A stretch of 62,962 nt of DNA, counting the filler, from Platydemus manokwari (taxonomy: Eukaryota), in the NCBI GenBank assembly GCA_037951405.1. It is 5 parts of 5 records of this genome, joined end to end, with 100 filler letters (N's around TTAATTAATTAA, not from the genome) between each part and the next. Parts side by side here need not be neighbours in the genome. Positions count along the whole stretch, not along the records: positions 1 to 14,758 come from JBBMOY011398090.1; 4 more parts are not named here. One strand, 5' to 3'. Below are positions 1-12,326 of this stretch, piece by piece. The notes beneath the pieces are model-generated. The model ran no database searches. It saw only the letters and a program-made list of their open reading frames with translations, and was not told where the DNA came from. Made by a program: the position numbers and the translations under genes. Position 1 is the stretch's first letter, and each line of letters begins with the position of its first letter.

Positions 1-1172
1 ATCGCACTTGAATCTAAGGCATATAATCAAAACTGGACTTATAAAAGCCTTTAAAAATGGATTCCCTAAAAATGTAGACACATTTAACGAAATCCTAAAA
101 TGATTAAATTGATCTATCGAAACGAAATCCAAACTCTAAGAAAGCTGGTGGTTACGAGTAGTTAGAGCAATCAACTACTTTAAAATGATACACTGGATAG
201 TACAAGAGTTCGAAATGGATGGCGAAAATGTATGCATTCACACGAATGATGCTGTATGCCATACGCAGGTCATTAGGGACAAATGTAAGCGACAAGCTAC
301 ACGAATTCTCCATATAGGACTTGCAGAATCATATTTACTTAAATGGTTGCAGAGCCAAAATTCAAACTATCTTGGCGAAGTCATTCACAAAAATATGAAC
401 ATAAAACAAGATCATTTGGAATGGTCAAATAACAGGCTTTGCTTGGCGTTTCATACACCAAGCGAGGCTCAACTTCTTGCTACTGAATGCAGCTGCATAT
501 AAAAACGACCCACTTAAAAGGAAGTGTCGTCGATGCTCAGTTGACGAAGAGTCTCTAAGCCATGTACCGCAATCATGTATTCCGTGTATGACACTAATTA
601 CACAAAAGCATGATGAGTGTTTAAGGCTAGTCCACGAGTTTATTAACTCTCCTGATCTTATGGTAAATGTGAATGAAACAGTACCATATCTTGTAGGATA
701 TGACACTGTTGCGAAACTCAAAGTAGATCTCTATATTTAAAACTGCTCAGATAAACCAATCTTTCTTGAAGACACTAAATGTCCACTCGACACTGAACGT
801 CTAATTACACAGACAGATGAAAGAAATCTCGCTCATTACGCCCCGTTATCCGATGTGGTAAAAAAATATAAGCCCTGCTATAATGTCAGTGTACACACTA
901 TAGTTGTTGGCTCACTAGGCTCGGTCCCGCAAAAGACATTGAATGTCTTGAAAGTGCTCGGCTTAAAGGATAGAAATATCAAGATTCTTAGCAAACTTAT
1001 GTGTGCTTCGAACATTAGGCAGTCCGCTCGGATCTGGCATCACGATAAAACGGGGGTGTTAATCAACATGAAAGAGGGGAAAAATCTACCAACTAGAGGA
1101 GATACCCAATTTCGTGATCGTTTTGGTATATCAGCCATTAATCATGATCCTATGACTTCTAAAAACTTATGA
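1..1172 (+). mobile_element. 3' part of a decayed RLE-type (NeSL-like) non-LTR retrotransposon, cut by the window edge
   Basis: Frameshifted ORFs give a CCHC knuckle (CRRCSVDEESLSHVPQSC), KHD, then RLE motifs LKVDLYI..FLEDTKCPLD and HTIVVGSLGS, and a terminal SARIW. Stops and frameshifts are present. Confidence 0.85.
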
Positions 1173-3772
1173 TATTAAATCTAAATCTGGTGAAAACATT
1201 GATTCGTTTACAACGAATATTAGATTGTATTTTAATGGTACAAATGTTCTCTTTTGATTTTAAATTCATAGGTGAGAAAGTTAAAAATTGCTTTTAATGC
1301 ATTGGGTAGAATACAGCCAGCCGAGCATCGGAACTTGGAAAAACAAATATGCGGAGGATAAAGATGGAATCTCAAAAAGGAACATGAACCCATGATGAGG
1401 CCAATAAAGTCAATCTCAATTCGTAATCCAATCCAACTTCGAAGAAGTTGGTCAACCAGTCTAGCCTTTACTTCTTTTTTATTCTTCTGTTCGGTTAGTT
1501 GGGGATCAGTTTCCTTCTAGCAATTGAGCTCATACCCGATGATTGGACTAGCTCATTCTAAGCAATGAGCTACATTGGGTCAAGCAACCCGATTTCTCAC
1601 GACTGGTCGAACCTCAAATACCAAATGAAAAATATTATGTAAAATAATAACTATTAATAATCGTTTAAGTGGTATTAAGAAAATGTATTTTTGGATTCTG
1701 AAATTGATGATTTCTAATATTGACAATCAAGAAATTAATGCTGAGTACAATATTTAAACCATAAATGCGTTTTATTTTAATTTAGGCATATAGGATGAAG
1801 TTGTACTACTGTTGTATTAATAATCTAATAAAGATAGTTAACCTAGTATTACTAATCTCCGTGCAATGGATTAAGTGACTTTTCAGACTTTTGGAACTTA
1901 ATTGAATTAATCAATTTATGCATTCAATAAACAAGCTGGATTTTTGTATTGGTTATGTATAATAACCAGGTTTATTAAAATTGCTGAAATAATCAGGTCT
2001 TATGTACAATGTTTAAGTTCATTGTTATGTGATTCTTTTCAGTCTAATTTCTTTTTTACTTCAGTAAGATACTTTTACAAGACTTATTGAAGCTATTAAT
2101 CAAAATCAAAGCATTTACTAATAAAATCTAATACTAAGGACAACTCAAGCCTATCAAATTATATTGCAGATATAAAATATTCTAAAACATTGAATTTGAT
2201 CAGACATCCTCGGAATTTATTCAACCTTATCAAATTTTTGTTTAAAATAATCAGGAACTAATTGTAAAAATCTTTTTTGTTACAAATCAATGAGGTTAGT
2301 TTTAATTTAATTTTTGATTGAATTAAAACACGAGTGTTCGATTTATCTAGTCTTTGTAAGTTTTTAATATCTACATCGAACCTTTTATTTTATAACAACC
2401 ATTATATTCGTATGAATTGTTCTTTTATATTTTGATCTAAATATTTTATTTGTTTATTTGAAATTATATACATGACATTTTGACTAATCATTAAATTTTA
2501 AATGTAAGTTTAAAATATATTCCTCCACTATTAGTCATAACTCAATAATTTTGATGATTGATTGATCTTGTGAAATTTAAAGTACCAATTCAAAGTTTTC
2601 CTTGTGTCAAAAATACTGACATTATTAGATCTTCTTTGCACACAATTAATTAGAACTGTTACATTCAACCAATATAGAGATATAATGTTTCGTTTTTAAA
2701 TTCCTTCTGAGCTCAAGAATTATTAAACGACTGTTTATTAGAATTGATTTTTACTGATTGTCAATTAAAGACATAATCGAAGGCACCACAGGTATTCATG
2801 ATTTTTAGTATTTTTCAGACTTGTGAGTCAACATTAATTTTCTAAACTAATTATGAAATTCAGCTTAAAAATTATGATTTTACTGTTGTTTTTATTTCAA
2901 CTTTCTTTGGTTAATCTTCTTATTTTCTTTGTTTAAATTTAAAATTACCAAAAAAAACAGTCATTCTTTTTATTTATTTAAAAAGCATTTTTGTTTTATT
3001 TTTTCATACGCGCATTGGTTAATTATTTTAATTTTCATGTTTTATTTATTTTTACTTGAAAACCAAAATGATTTTACTTTTTAATGTTTATGGCTTTAGA
3101 AAATTATAATTTAGGTAAAATTTGTTATTTCATTAATATTGTAATTTCACATTTTAATTGCTATAGTAATTGTTGTTATTTTATGTATTTTAACTTAAAT
3201 TATTGAAATCTCAATTGAAAATAATTTCACCAAATGATACAAAAACGATGGTGGTCTTGTGAATACATCTGTTTAATATACTATGTATTATGTAATGCGG
3301 ATAAAGCGTTCGCTATTGCAAGCTTAAAGATTTAAGCTAAAATGAAACAATAAATTAATGCTAATATTTACTCAACAGCAGCTAGAATATTGATAGAGGA
3401 ATCATTTGTATTGTCTAGATTCATTAAAGGAATTTGTCTATTTATTCGAACTTTACAAAGTTGATATATGAAAAATGTTACTTCATAATATTGCAATTAT
3501 TTCGTCCGACACACAATCGTGATATCATCTATTTTAGATTGCTAAATTGTCGAACAATGGATTATCGATCATTATCCTAACAAACACTTCAAATGGCTTT
3601 AAAACTTAAAAACTCTTTATTTTTTAACGGTCGTTATCTCATTATTAATCGATCGATTCAAGAAGCTAAAATTTCACAAATCATCGTTACGACAATTTTG
3701 ATTGGCTGCACACAGATTTATTAGTCAAGTACATAATTTCAATCTTGTCATTCGATTATACATTCATTTAAC

Positions 3773-4894
3773 ATGAAAGAAATTGTTTTAATTGGATTTA
3801 CAAATTTTATTTTATTTCTCATCGTTGTCTTCAAAGAAAAATATCAATACGATTATTACAAGGAAAATTCTTCCGACAATGAATTGAATCAATTCAACAA
3901 TATGATTGAGGAAAAATCAAGACTTGTTAATTTTGATGGATATAAATCGTGGAAACAACCGAATCTCAACAGTACCCAAATACAAATCGTAATTTTGACG
4001 AAATTCAGAACTGGGGTTCGACAGGAAAATCAATATTTTCACTTAACAGTGGATTCACTGATGAAATCGTTGAATTATGCGTCTGGGAAGAATATTTTGA
4101 TAAATATTTGCAATCTCAATGGGAAAAACGAGTCCTATCTGGATAAATGGAACGGTGTGGGCTTCATGACATTGACCAGTCCTCATTGGTTGCACAATGA
4201 AAATATCATAAATCAAGAAACATTGCACTATTTGTGGTGCTTGAAACAGGGTGTCGAGCTCCGTTCATCGGCCGAAACGTTCATCGTACTGGAAGATGAT
4301 ATCGAACTGGATGAGACTCGCTTTTTCCCGGTTTTGATCAAATATCTCCATCAACTCGTTAACGTGGAAAAATATGCAATCAAATTTTACCACCCGCCTC
4401 GATTGGTTGGTTTTGTACAACCGGAATCGGTGAGGATTTTTGAATTGGTAGCGATATCATTGATTTTTTATTTTATTCTGAGAGTTTTGCTTAATTTGGT
4501 GATTAATTTGAACAGCAGGCACCGGCGGTCCTGGTTGTATTCCTTTCTTTTGTTCTTGTTTTGTTTAAATGTAACGCTTTTGATTAGTCGACGAAGATTT
4601 TTATATTTGAGGTCGTTTCACAGGGATTTGCATTTACTTGTGCCAGCACCTTTTTGTTGTACACCGGGAATGTTGTATTCGAAATCTCTGATCCAACAAT
4701 TGACCAATCATTTGGATGTTAATTCGTATTTGAAAATATTTGAATCTGACCAGACGAATGTTGCTATTGACGCATTGATTTACAGTTATTTGACCAATTA
4801 TTCCATTCCGTACTATTATATTGAACCGAATTTAATCACCCATTTCGGGAGGGTGTCGACTCTGAGAGATCCTGTTGATCCCAGAGCTTTGTGA
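3773..4894 (+). CDS. PGAP4: PGAP4/TMEM246-like GPI GalNAc transferase, single exon, 373 aa
   Basis: N-terminal TM segment, VLEDD motif, KFYHPPRL..QPESVRIFE, two internal TM segments, PAPFCCTPGMLY and EPNLITHFGRVSTLR. These match remembered PGAP4 motifs (KLYHPERL, CCTPAMLF, EPNLVKHIGLFSSLR). Confidence 0.88.
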   Translation: MKEIVLIGFTNFILFLIVVFKEKYQYDYYKENSSDNELNQFNNMIEEKSRLVNFDGYKSWKQPNLNSTQIQIVILTKFRTGVRQENQYFHLTVDSLMKSLNYASGKNILINICNLNGKNESYLDKWNGVGFMTLTSPHWLHNENIINQETLHYLWCLKQGVELRSSAETFIVLEDDIELDETRFFPVLIKYLHQLVNVEKYAIKFYHPPRLVGFVQPESVRIFELVAISLIFYFILRVLLNLVINLNSRHRRSWLYSFLLFLFCLNVTLLISRRRFLYLRSFHRDLHLLVPAPFCCTPGMLYSKSLIQQLTNHLDVNSYLKIFESDQTNVAIDALIYSYLTNYSIPYYYIEPNLITHFGRVSTLRDPVDPRAL

Positions 4895-5329
4895 ACCTGC
4901 TAATCGGCTTATTTTGTATGGACGAGCTTTAAATATATATATTTTCTCATCTCATTTGGTGTCGATTTTGTAAGATTTTTGTAAATCTATCATTGGAGCA
5001 TGGGAATCTTTGTTTTAATCGATAATTTGAAAAAATCAGGTTCTTGATTTTATTATATCAACTATCAGTGTTAATGCATATATAATTTGTGTCCTTAGGT
5101 GCTAGTAAATCACCCCATACCTAAATCAAGCAAATATATCAATAGTTTATTGATCAACTTCTCCCTGTATTGTATTTTTGAAATTGCGACCAAAAGCATA
5201 CTAAACGAGTTATAATTGTTTATCAACTAGTATTAATGACTTATACAAAAGTAAATAGCGCCATGTTCCACCTTTCAACTTGTCAACCTCACTTGCATTC
5301 TTCGAATATCGATTTTTTAAATTAGCACA

Positions 5330-6400
5330 AAAATATTCAAACAGCTGCATTTCAATATTTTAGAAGGTGACTTGTAGGCAGTTCAGAAACCAAGTAGGAA
5401 TAATAAAAATGAGTTCTATGATATGATTTGTTTGGCGATGATTACTATTATACATATTTATCTACAACGATAGACATTAATCAATAGTCAACAAGGTAAG
5501 TGAATTTTTCTTTCCACATTATTTAAACAAATATAGAAATTTGATTGAAATGGAAATATCAACCTCAATAATTCTATACTACGCAGGAAGATTATATACT
5601 GTGATTTGTTCAGCAATCAAGAAAACCCCTTTCGGGATTGGAAGAAGACATTTGGATAACATGTTTGATCTACTCAATAACCTTAAGCTGCATTTCAGTT
5701 GAAAAGATTTTTGTTTTCACAATAACAAGGGAGTTTTAGGCTAGATATTTTGTCAAAAGCACCTTTTAGACCAATAGTAGTGAATATTCATCATGCATAA
5801 ATAGTCATCATTATCAGATGCACTCATGAAGAAATAGAGCTGGAAGCACTTACATCAGCTTACATGTATCTTTTCCTTCAAATGAAAATAAATGATCGAG
5901 CTGAATATAGAAAAACCTAAGACAGGGCAAAAAATATTCATTATACAATAATGATCGAGTTAATCGAACCAGATCAACTGGTAGAATTCGGGGAATCTCA
6001 ACTATTTATCACAAATAACACTATACAAATACCGTCACTAAATCAAAATACTAAATGTTATTTAATCGAAACACAAACAGGACGAACAATTTTTTATTTT
6101 TATCGACTTCACTAACAAAGGATAGCAATCTGGATTAGCCCGAGAGATTATAAAAAAAGGAAATAATAGAATAAGGATCTTGCTCTAGCGTTATCTGTGT
6201 AATAATAGTAACCTGAGATAGGCAAGAATCAATGGCTCCATCGATGCCGATGAACTTATTCAAAGGATCATTGAAATGACAAAAGAAAAATATTAATAAG
6301 ATATGAGTTCAAAAGGAAATTCGATCTCTATCGATTTTTGTTGAGCAGCTTATAAGAACAAGAGACATCAAAAAAGTAACAGTTATAGCGAAAATTATTT
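5330..6400 (+). mobile_element. Heavily decayed Gypsy-like pol/integrase fragments
   Basis: Scattered motif remnants in the expected order (KPSRNNKN ~ PG..N..AD; CDL..Q..K; LDIL; LTSAY). No long ORF. Confidence 0.3.
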
Positions 6401-7559
6401 TTCCTTGCTCAACAAAAAGATGAAATAAATGCAATAATGAATATTTATGATCTTATAGACATATCAAGAGAACGATAATAAAAAGAATAGATTCAAGATC
6501 AAAATTATATATGTGGGAGCAAGAATGACGGAATAGAACCCACAATATATTCGAATGAACAGATTATCAAATATTCAAAGACGAACCCGTAACACGAGGG
6601 AAAGGAAAAATTTGGGGAAACAAAATCGACAGAAGAACAGATTACTAAAAGAACCAAATTCACGAAAAAAAATTTTAGAGAATTCAAGGAATTGAAAAAT
6701 AATCAAATATAATCATAATAGTAATTATAATTTTCAGCCAAAAGAATAGAAGTCTACAGTTGTTACCAATATTGAATGCCAAAATAAAGGGATGAGTTAT
6801 AGCTAAACTCATGAGAACAAAAATTACATAGAACAGTTATGGTTTGAATCACAGCAGCAGTGCGAGATAGAAATAAGTCACAAAACCTGAATTAAATCAG
6901 CTTTGACCGGCTACTGAGAATTACTCTGAGGAAAATTTTTTTAAAAAAAAGAGAAAAATGAAGTCAGGAAATACAATGTTAAATCCCAAAACTAAAGAAT
7001 TTACACCAGGTTAACTATGGAGAGTTAATATAGACGATAAACGCACTAATCAAATGGAGAAGCATCGGAGGGAACATGCTTATCTTGCCACCCAGTACTG
7101 TTGGGATTTTGGAAAGATAAGTTAAATGAACTAATCCTTATATGACGTCATGTTCAATTTTTATGACATATGGTATCAATTTTTATTCTTCGCGACGGTA
7201 CATGCTATGAACATTTGCTAAAGTTTGTTACATTATCACATGAATGAACAATTGTACCATTCTATTTTATATCAACGAATCAATATTAATTTTTTTATAT
7301 ATTTTGTTTTTTTAACATTTAATAATTCGAACTCACGGTTAAATTAATATAGTTTCAGAAAATTTTCATAAAATAAATAATAGAATTTAGTAATTGAGAA
7401 TAACATTGATAAAACATTAGATAATAATTGAGAATCTTTTTAACATATGTTTAGATAAATACCATTGTAGAAATAATAATAATTTTTCGATTAAGACGTT
7501 AAATAGTAATATTTCAAGAATAACAAATACTTTAAATGAATAAAAGATAAATATATCGA

Positions 7560-8000
7560 TAATCTTTAGATAATAACAACCAATGATTAGGTACTAAAAT
7601 AAATCTCAGAGAGTTAATTATTATGAATAAAAGACTGACCACCATCGAGATACAAATAGTATAAATAGAGGGAAAGATCAAACATGAGAGCCCTATCCAT
7701 CACAAGAGACCAATAAGAATACTCATTATTAATTTGCTCGTTGATCGCCAAATGTTTTGCAGTAAGTCTTAGGATTAAGTAAGCATTATCATTTTGTAAA
7801 ACAATTGATCGACATTATACACCATTGTATCTCTTATTATTAATCTTTTCCCTAACATTTTTTAGGGTAGTTGGTTTTCCTCCTAGAGTGGGAGTCTATT
7901 AACCGTGATCTTCGACCAGGAATTGTTGAAGTTTGTTGTTAAACTCTTATATTTTTATTCATTTGTAGTAGAAATTCTAGTTAATAAAGCTTTGTGTCCC
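7560..8000 (+). repeat. Dispersed repeat, probable solo LTR (copy 1)
   Basis: TATAAATAG at ~7660 and AATAAA at 7983. The core GGTAGTTGGTTTTCCTCCTAGAGTGGGAGTCTATTAACCGT recurs inverted at ~11040-11085. Confidence 0.55.
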
Positions 8001-10919
8001 AAACGTTAGTTGATAATTGAAAAAATTATAATAATAATAATAAGTCTGTTCGTGTCACCAAGTTTAATGTTAAAAATCATGGAGATGATTATAGGAATAA
8101 AGGATATTGTCTTCACACAATTTAGTCATGCGAAGTGAAAACATTGATAGTTATTATGTGGATTGCACCTGTGACCTAGAAATAAAGTCATATCTTTTAT
8201 TTAACTTTTATTTATCTATTTGTTGGTATTTACTTTATAGATTCTCGATTTTATTATTTACATCGTGATTTAATCTTGTGTAGTGAAAAAGCTTGCACGG
8301 TATAGTAATAAATGAATTTTAGTAAGCGACCTATTTGTCTTTTGAAGTCAGATTAATAAGTACGGGTATTGTTGTGCCCTACATCAGGTAGACCTTAAAT
8401 ATATGGCATGGTAGCCATTGTAACCTATTTCATTATGATACTATTGTCATTTGCTTGTAAATATTATTAATTAATTTATTTGGAATTAGATAAATAAACA
8501 TAATTCGAATAGGAATTATTGTATATTTCATTCACATATTTTATATATTTCATTAGTATCTTTGTATTTATATTATTAAAATTTATATTTGTGAAGTATC
8601 AAATTCCTTGACTTCTACATTATCATTGGTTATTATTTGTGTTTGTTTATATTACTTGTTTGTGTTTTTTGATTTTATATTAATTTATCATTGAGTTTTT
8701 TTGGTTTTTGATTATTTGAAAAATTTATCATTAAAATTTCAAGACATTTGATATTTCATTTTTCAATCATTTCGATTTTGTAAGTTTCTTTATTTTCAAT
8801 TACTCGATACGTTGAGCTTGTTTGTTTACTTGTCGTGTATTATCGACTAAATTTCGTGATCGTTCTTGTTTCCAGATTTGATCATATTCACTTGATTTCA
8901 TTTTATTATTAGTGACTATGTTACGTTTATTTGATTTAATTTCCATTATTTGTTCCGAATAATAAATTAATTGCACATTATTTTTTTAATTAATACCAAA
9001 AATACATATGGTAATTTAATTTATTCATTTAACATGTATCGGTTTGATATTTTATCGCAATAATTTGATTTATTCACTTATTTATTACATGTATCTGGCA
9101 TTAGATCCCCTACATGTGTTGATTTTGGTGGTCTTTGATTATTTTGCTTTTATAGTTGAATTTAATTCGCTTTTGCAATGTCTTATCAGTATTCTGCAGT
9201 TCTAATGACCCACAGGTCATCACAAAACCTAACATTTTGATGTTCTTTTGCCTCGATCAACTCTAGTCCACGTATGAAGACCGGATGAATGAATATAGAT
9301 ATTGGTTTAATGGTTTTATATCTATTTATTTCATTTAATTTATATTTTATTTGTGTTTATTTATTTCTAACTTGCGGTCTCTTTATGCCTCGATTGCACC
9401 TTCCAAAAAAGTAATGAATTGATAATGAAGATGATATTTTTATTACAATTGAAAATAATTCTTTTGGCACTTGTCAACTTCTATATTAAAACGAACTCTT
9501 CCTTTAAATACACTTTTATTGATATAAATTACTACAATTACACAATGATTTATAAATTACAGCAATGATTTTATAAATTACTACATGCACGCAAGTAAAT
9601 GGAGAGTTACTATAACAACTCCTGGAAGATGTTTAATAAAGTTCCAAAAGGAGTAAAACCAATTTGTTAAAGATGTTTGAGATTAGCCCGATAAATAGGG
9701 AGAACATACGAATATTATAAATAATTGATAATTTTACAATGGAACAAATTTTTACGTATTCTATCGATGGATGCTCGGTTAACAATATCAATATTAAAGT
9801 GATCCTTCAGTAAATACTGGGCATATAACTGTTGACGAAACTGGCAGAATCTGATTGGATTCAATTGATTTTGAATAACGGGTGCACTATGCTAGTGGTT
9901 TTTATATTTCTGGCAAGACTACTGATGTTGCGAGCCTATTTATACTTATGTTTATTTGGGATCAATTTCCATTGAAATAGAGGCCCATTATTTAAATACA
10001 ATTGAATTTTACAATTTATTCAGCGTTATTATTTTCAATATAGGGGCTTCTATTGAAAGTATTAATTACTATCACAATTAGGATTATAATTGAATTATTT
10101 TCCTAACTGTTAGTCTTCGTGTTAAGAGTTAGACGCCCTTTATTCGAATCAGAAGGAGTAATAGTCACTGATCGATAGACCAAGATATTTAAAACTCACC
10201 AAGTGTAAAAAATCATAAAATAAAACCCTACTTATATATTGTAGTTATTTATGAAAAAAAATATTTTTAAGCCAGTTTGTGTGGTAAAGTATCAAATGTA
10301 ATTATCTCTCAAAATTTCAACTCTAGAATAATTTCCACAAATGAATTTATTTTAAAAACCATAAAAAAACAATAAATGAAATTATTTTTCAAAAACATTA
10401 TATTAATAGTTGGTGAAACTACTTCTCATTTTCATAACTGGGTCAGATCGCACAGATTTGGACTCTTCAGTCTCGAACAAATTATTGGTGAATCTTTAAT
10501 TTATCAGATCAAATAGGAGTAACAATCATAATAACATTATTTTATCTGAAACTGATTATTAATTACTATTATTTTTATTCATATAATGTATTTATTCAGT
10601 CTATATTATATATTCAGATAAAATTATTACGTTCGGGTTTTATTTATTTTATTGTTTTATCAATCTTATTTCTATTTGATATCACTATTTTCTTAATCAG
10701 TCTCAATAGGTGTATTGAACCTTATTTTGTCTTTTATCTTTACCTCACACAACCATATTATGTGAAGACAATAGGTGTGGCAATAGTGTAGCAATGTCTA
10801 AACTATTAATCTCCGTTTATGCACCTTTTTTAAATTTCTAAAGTCACAGACATCAATGATAATGAGCAATTATCTATAACCCCTACTTAATTGATAACAA
10901 AGACTTGCTATTACAAATT

Positions 10920-11420
10920 CTTATTATTAAATAGCAGCAATGCAAATTGACAACTAAATAACATAAAAACTGCAAGTTAATTTTAATGTACTCTATACAT
11001 CAAATCTTATAACGGACCTTAACAACTTCTTGGAATAAGTGACGGTTAATAGACCTCATACTCTTGGAGGAAAACCAATTACCTTAGGAATTTGAGACAA
11101 AGCTTGATAATAAGAAATAAACAATAAAATATATAATAAAAATCGCTATTTTATACAAACGTAACTTTCTGTATAGTCTTCCAGTAAAACACTGGGCATA
11201 TAGAGAATCCTGATCTTCGACATTGAATGGTCTTCTCTTTTGATGTTCTTGATTTAAAAATAATGTGTTCTATTCCCGCATATAACAATTGTGGTAACTT
11301 ATAACTGTGTCGTCAATAATATGTCAAAGTGGCAATAGTAATTGTGACTGCTGCTTTTGTAGGCACAAATGAGTCACTCGTAGATATTTTCTACGATTAG
11401 ATTTAATACTATGCATTTAT
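10920..11420 (-). repeat. Dispersed repeat, probable solo LTR (copy 2, inverted relative to copy 1)
   Basis: The reverse complement contains GGTAATTGGTTTTCCTCCAAGAGTATGAGGTCTATTAACCGT and further collinear blocks matching 7560-8000. Confidence 0.55.
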
Positions 11421-12326
11421 CGTTTCCTCTCTGGAATTTATATATTGCAGAAAGAAATTCTCTTTGATTTAATTTAATCTTCTGAATATTTTATTTTCTT
11501 TTGTATTTTTTTATAAATTAAATATTTCAATTTCATTATTAATAATTATATATTATTATCATGTTATAATTGAATTTTTTTTGTTAATAATTAATTCAAT
11601 AAAAATATATCCTGGATGTTTTAATAAATCAAACATTGAATGTTTTTGAATGCCAATTAAAATCAATACCAATATTATTATCGTAGGAAAAATTTTAAAA
11701 AATATTCGATGCTTTTATAATAATTGTTAATATCGTATTAGTAAAGAATGTTTAGAACCACTTTATGTTCTCGCGAAATTTGGATAACTTTAAGGTAAAT
11801 TGTCGATCAAAGTGGTTTATATGTTATCGTAGTTTGAATGAAAATATCATTCGATTTAGGCACAACGACCGAATTGATTTAGAGCCATAAATACAAATCA
11901 CTTTAATTCTTTTAACCAATCGCTATTTTTGACATTTTAGATATTTTCTTTGTGGTCAGTCAAAGAATACTTAAATACAAACTGAATTTAATATTATTGT
12001 AAAGATTTTAACATCAACATCATAATAACTACAAGTTATTCAGTATTTATATAAACTAATTATTTATCAATAATAAAAATAACTCTAATTAAAATGAGCG
12101 TTTTAAGCGAAAACTTATAAATATAACAATTGAATCGATGGACTATCTTTTCACAATGAATCAATCTGATATGAATGAATCATGGTATTTTCAGAAAAAA
12201 GTTAACGAATTTTGATTGGTTGCCTGTGATTGGTTAGTTTTTAAATAGAATCAACGAATTTCACGATTACAAATGAAGAAAATAATTAATTTATTCAAAA
12301 TCATTAACAAGGCCCCAAAACAATTT

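Noticed and set aside
1390-1416. ATGATGAGGCCAATAAAGTCAATC resembling a hammerhead ribozyme core
   Set aside because: CUGA and GAAA are both broken and stems I and III were not found.
10436-10480. Minus-strand CTGAAGAGTCC... hammerhead-like start
   Set aside because: Stem II does not close and GAAA is absent.
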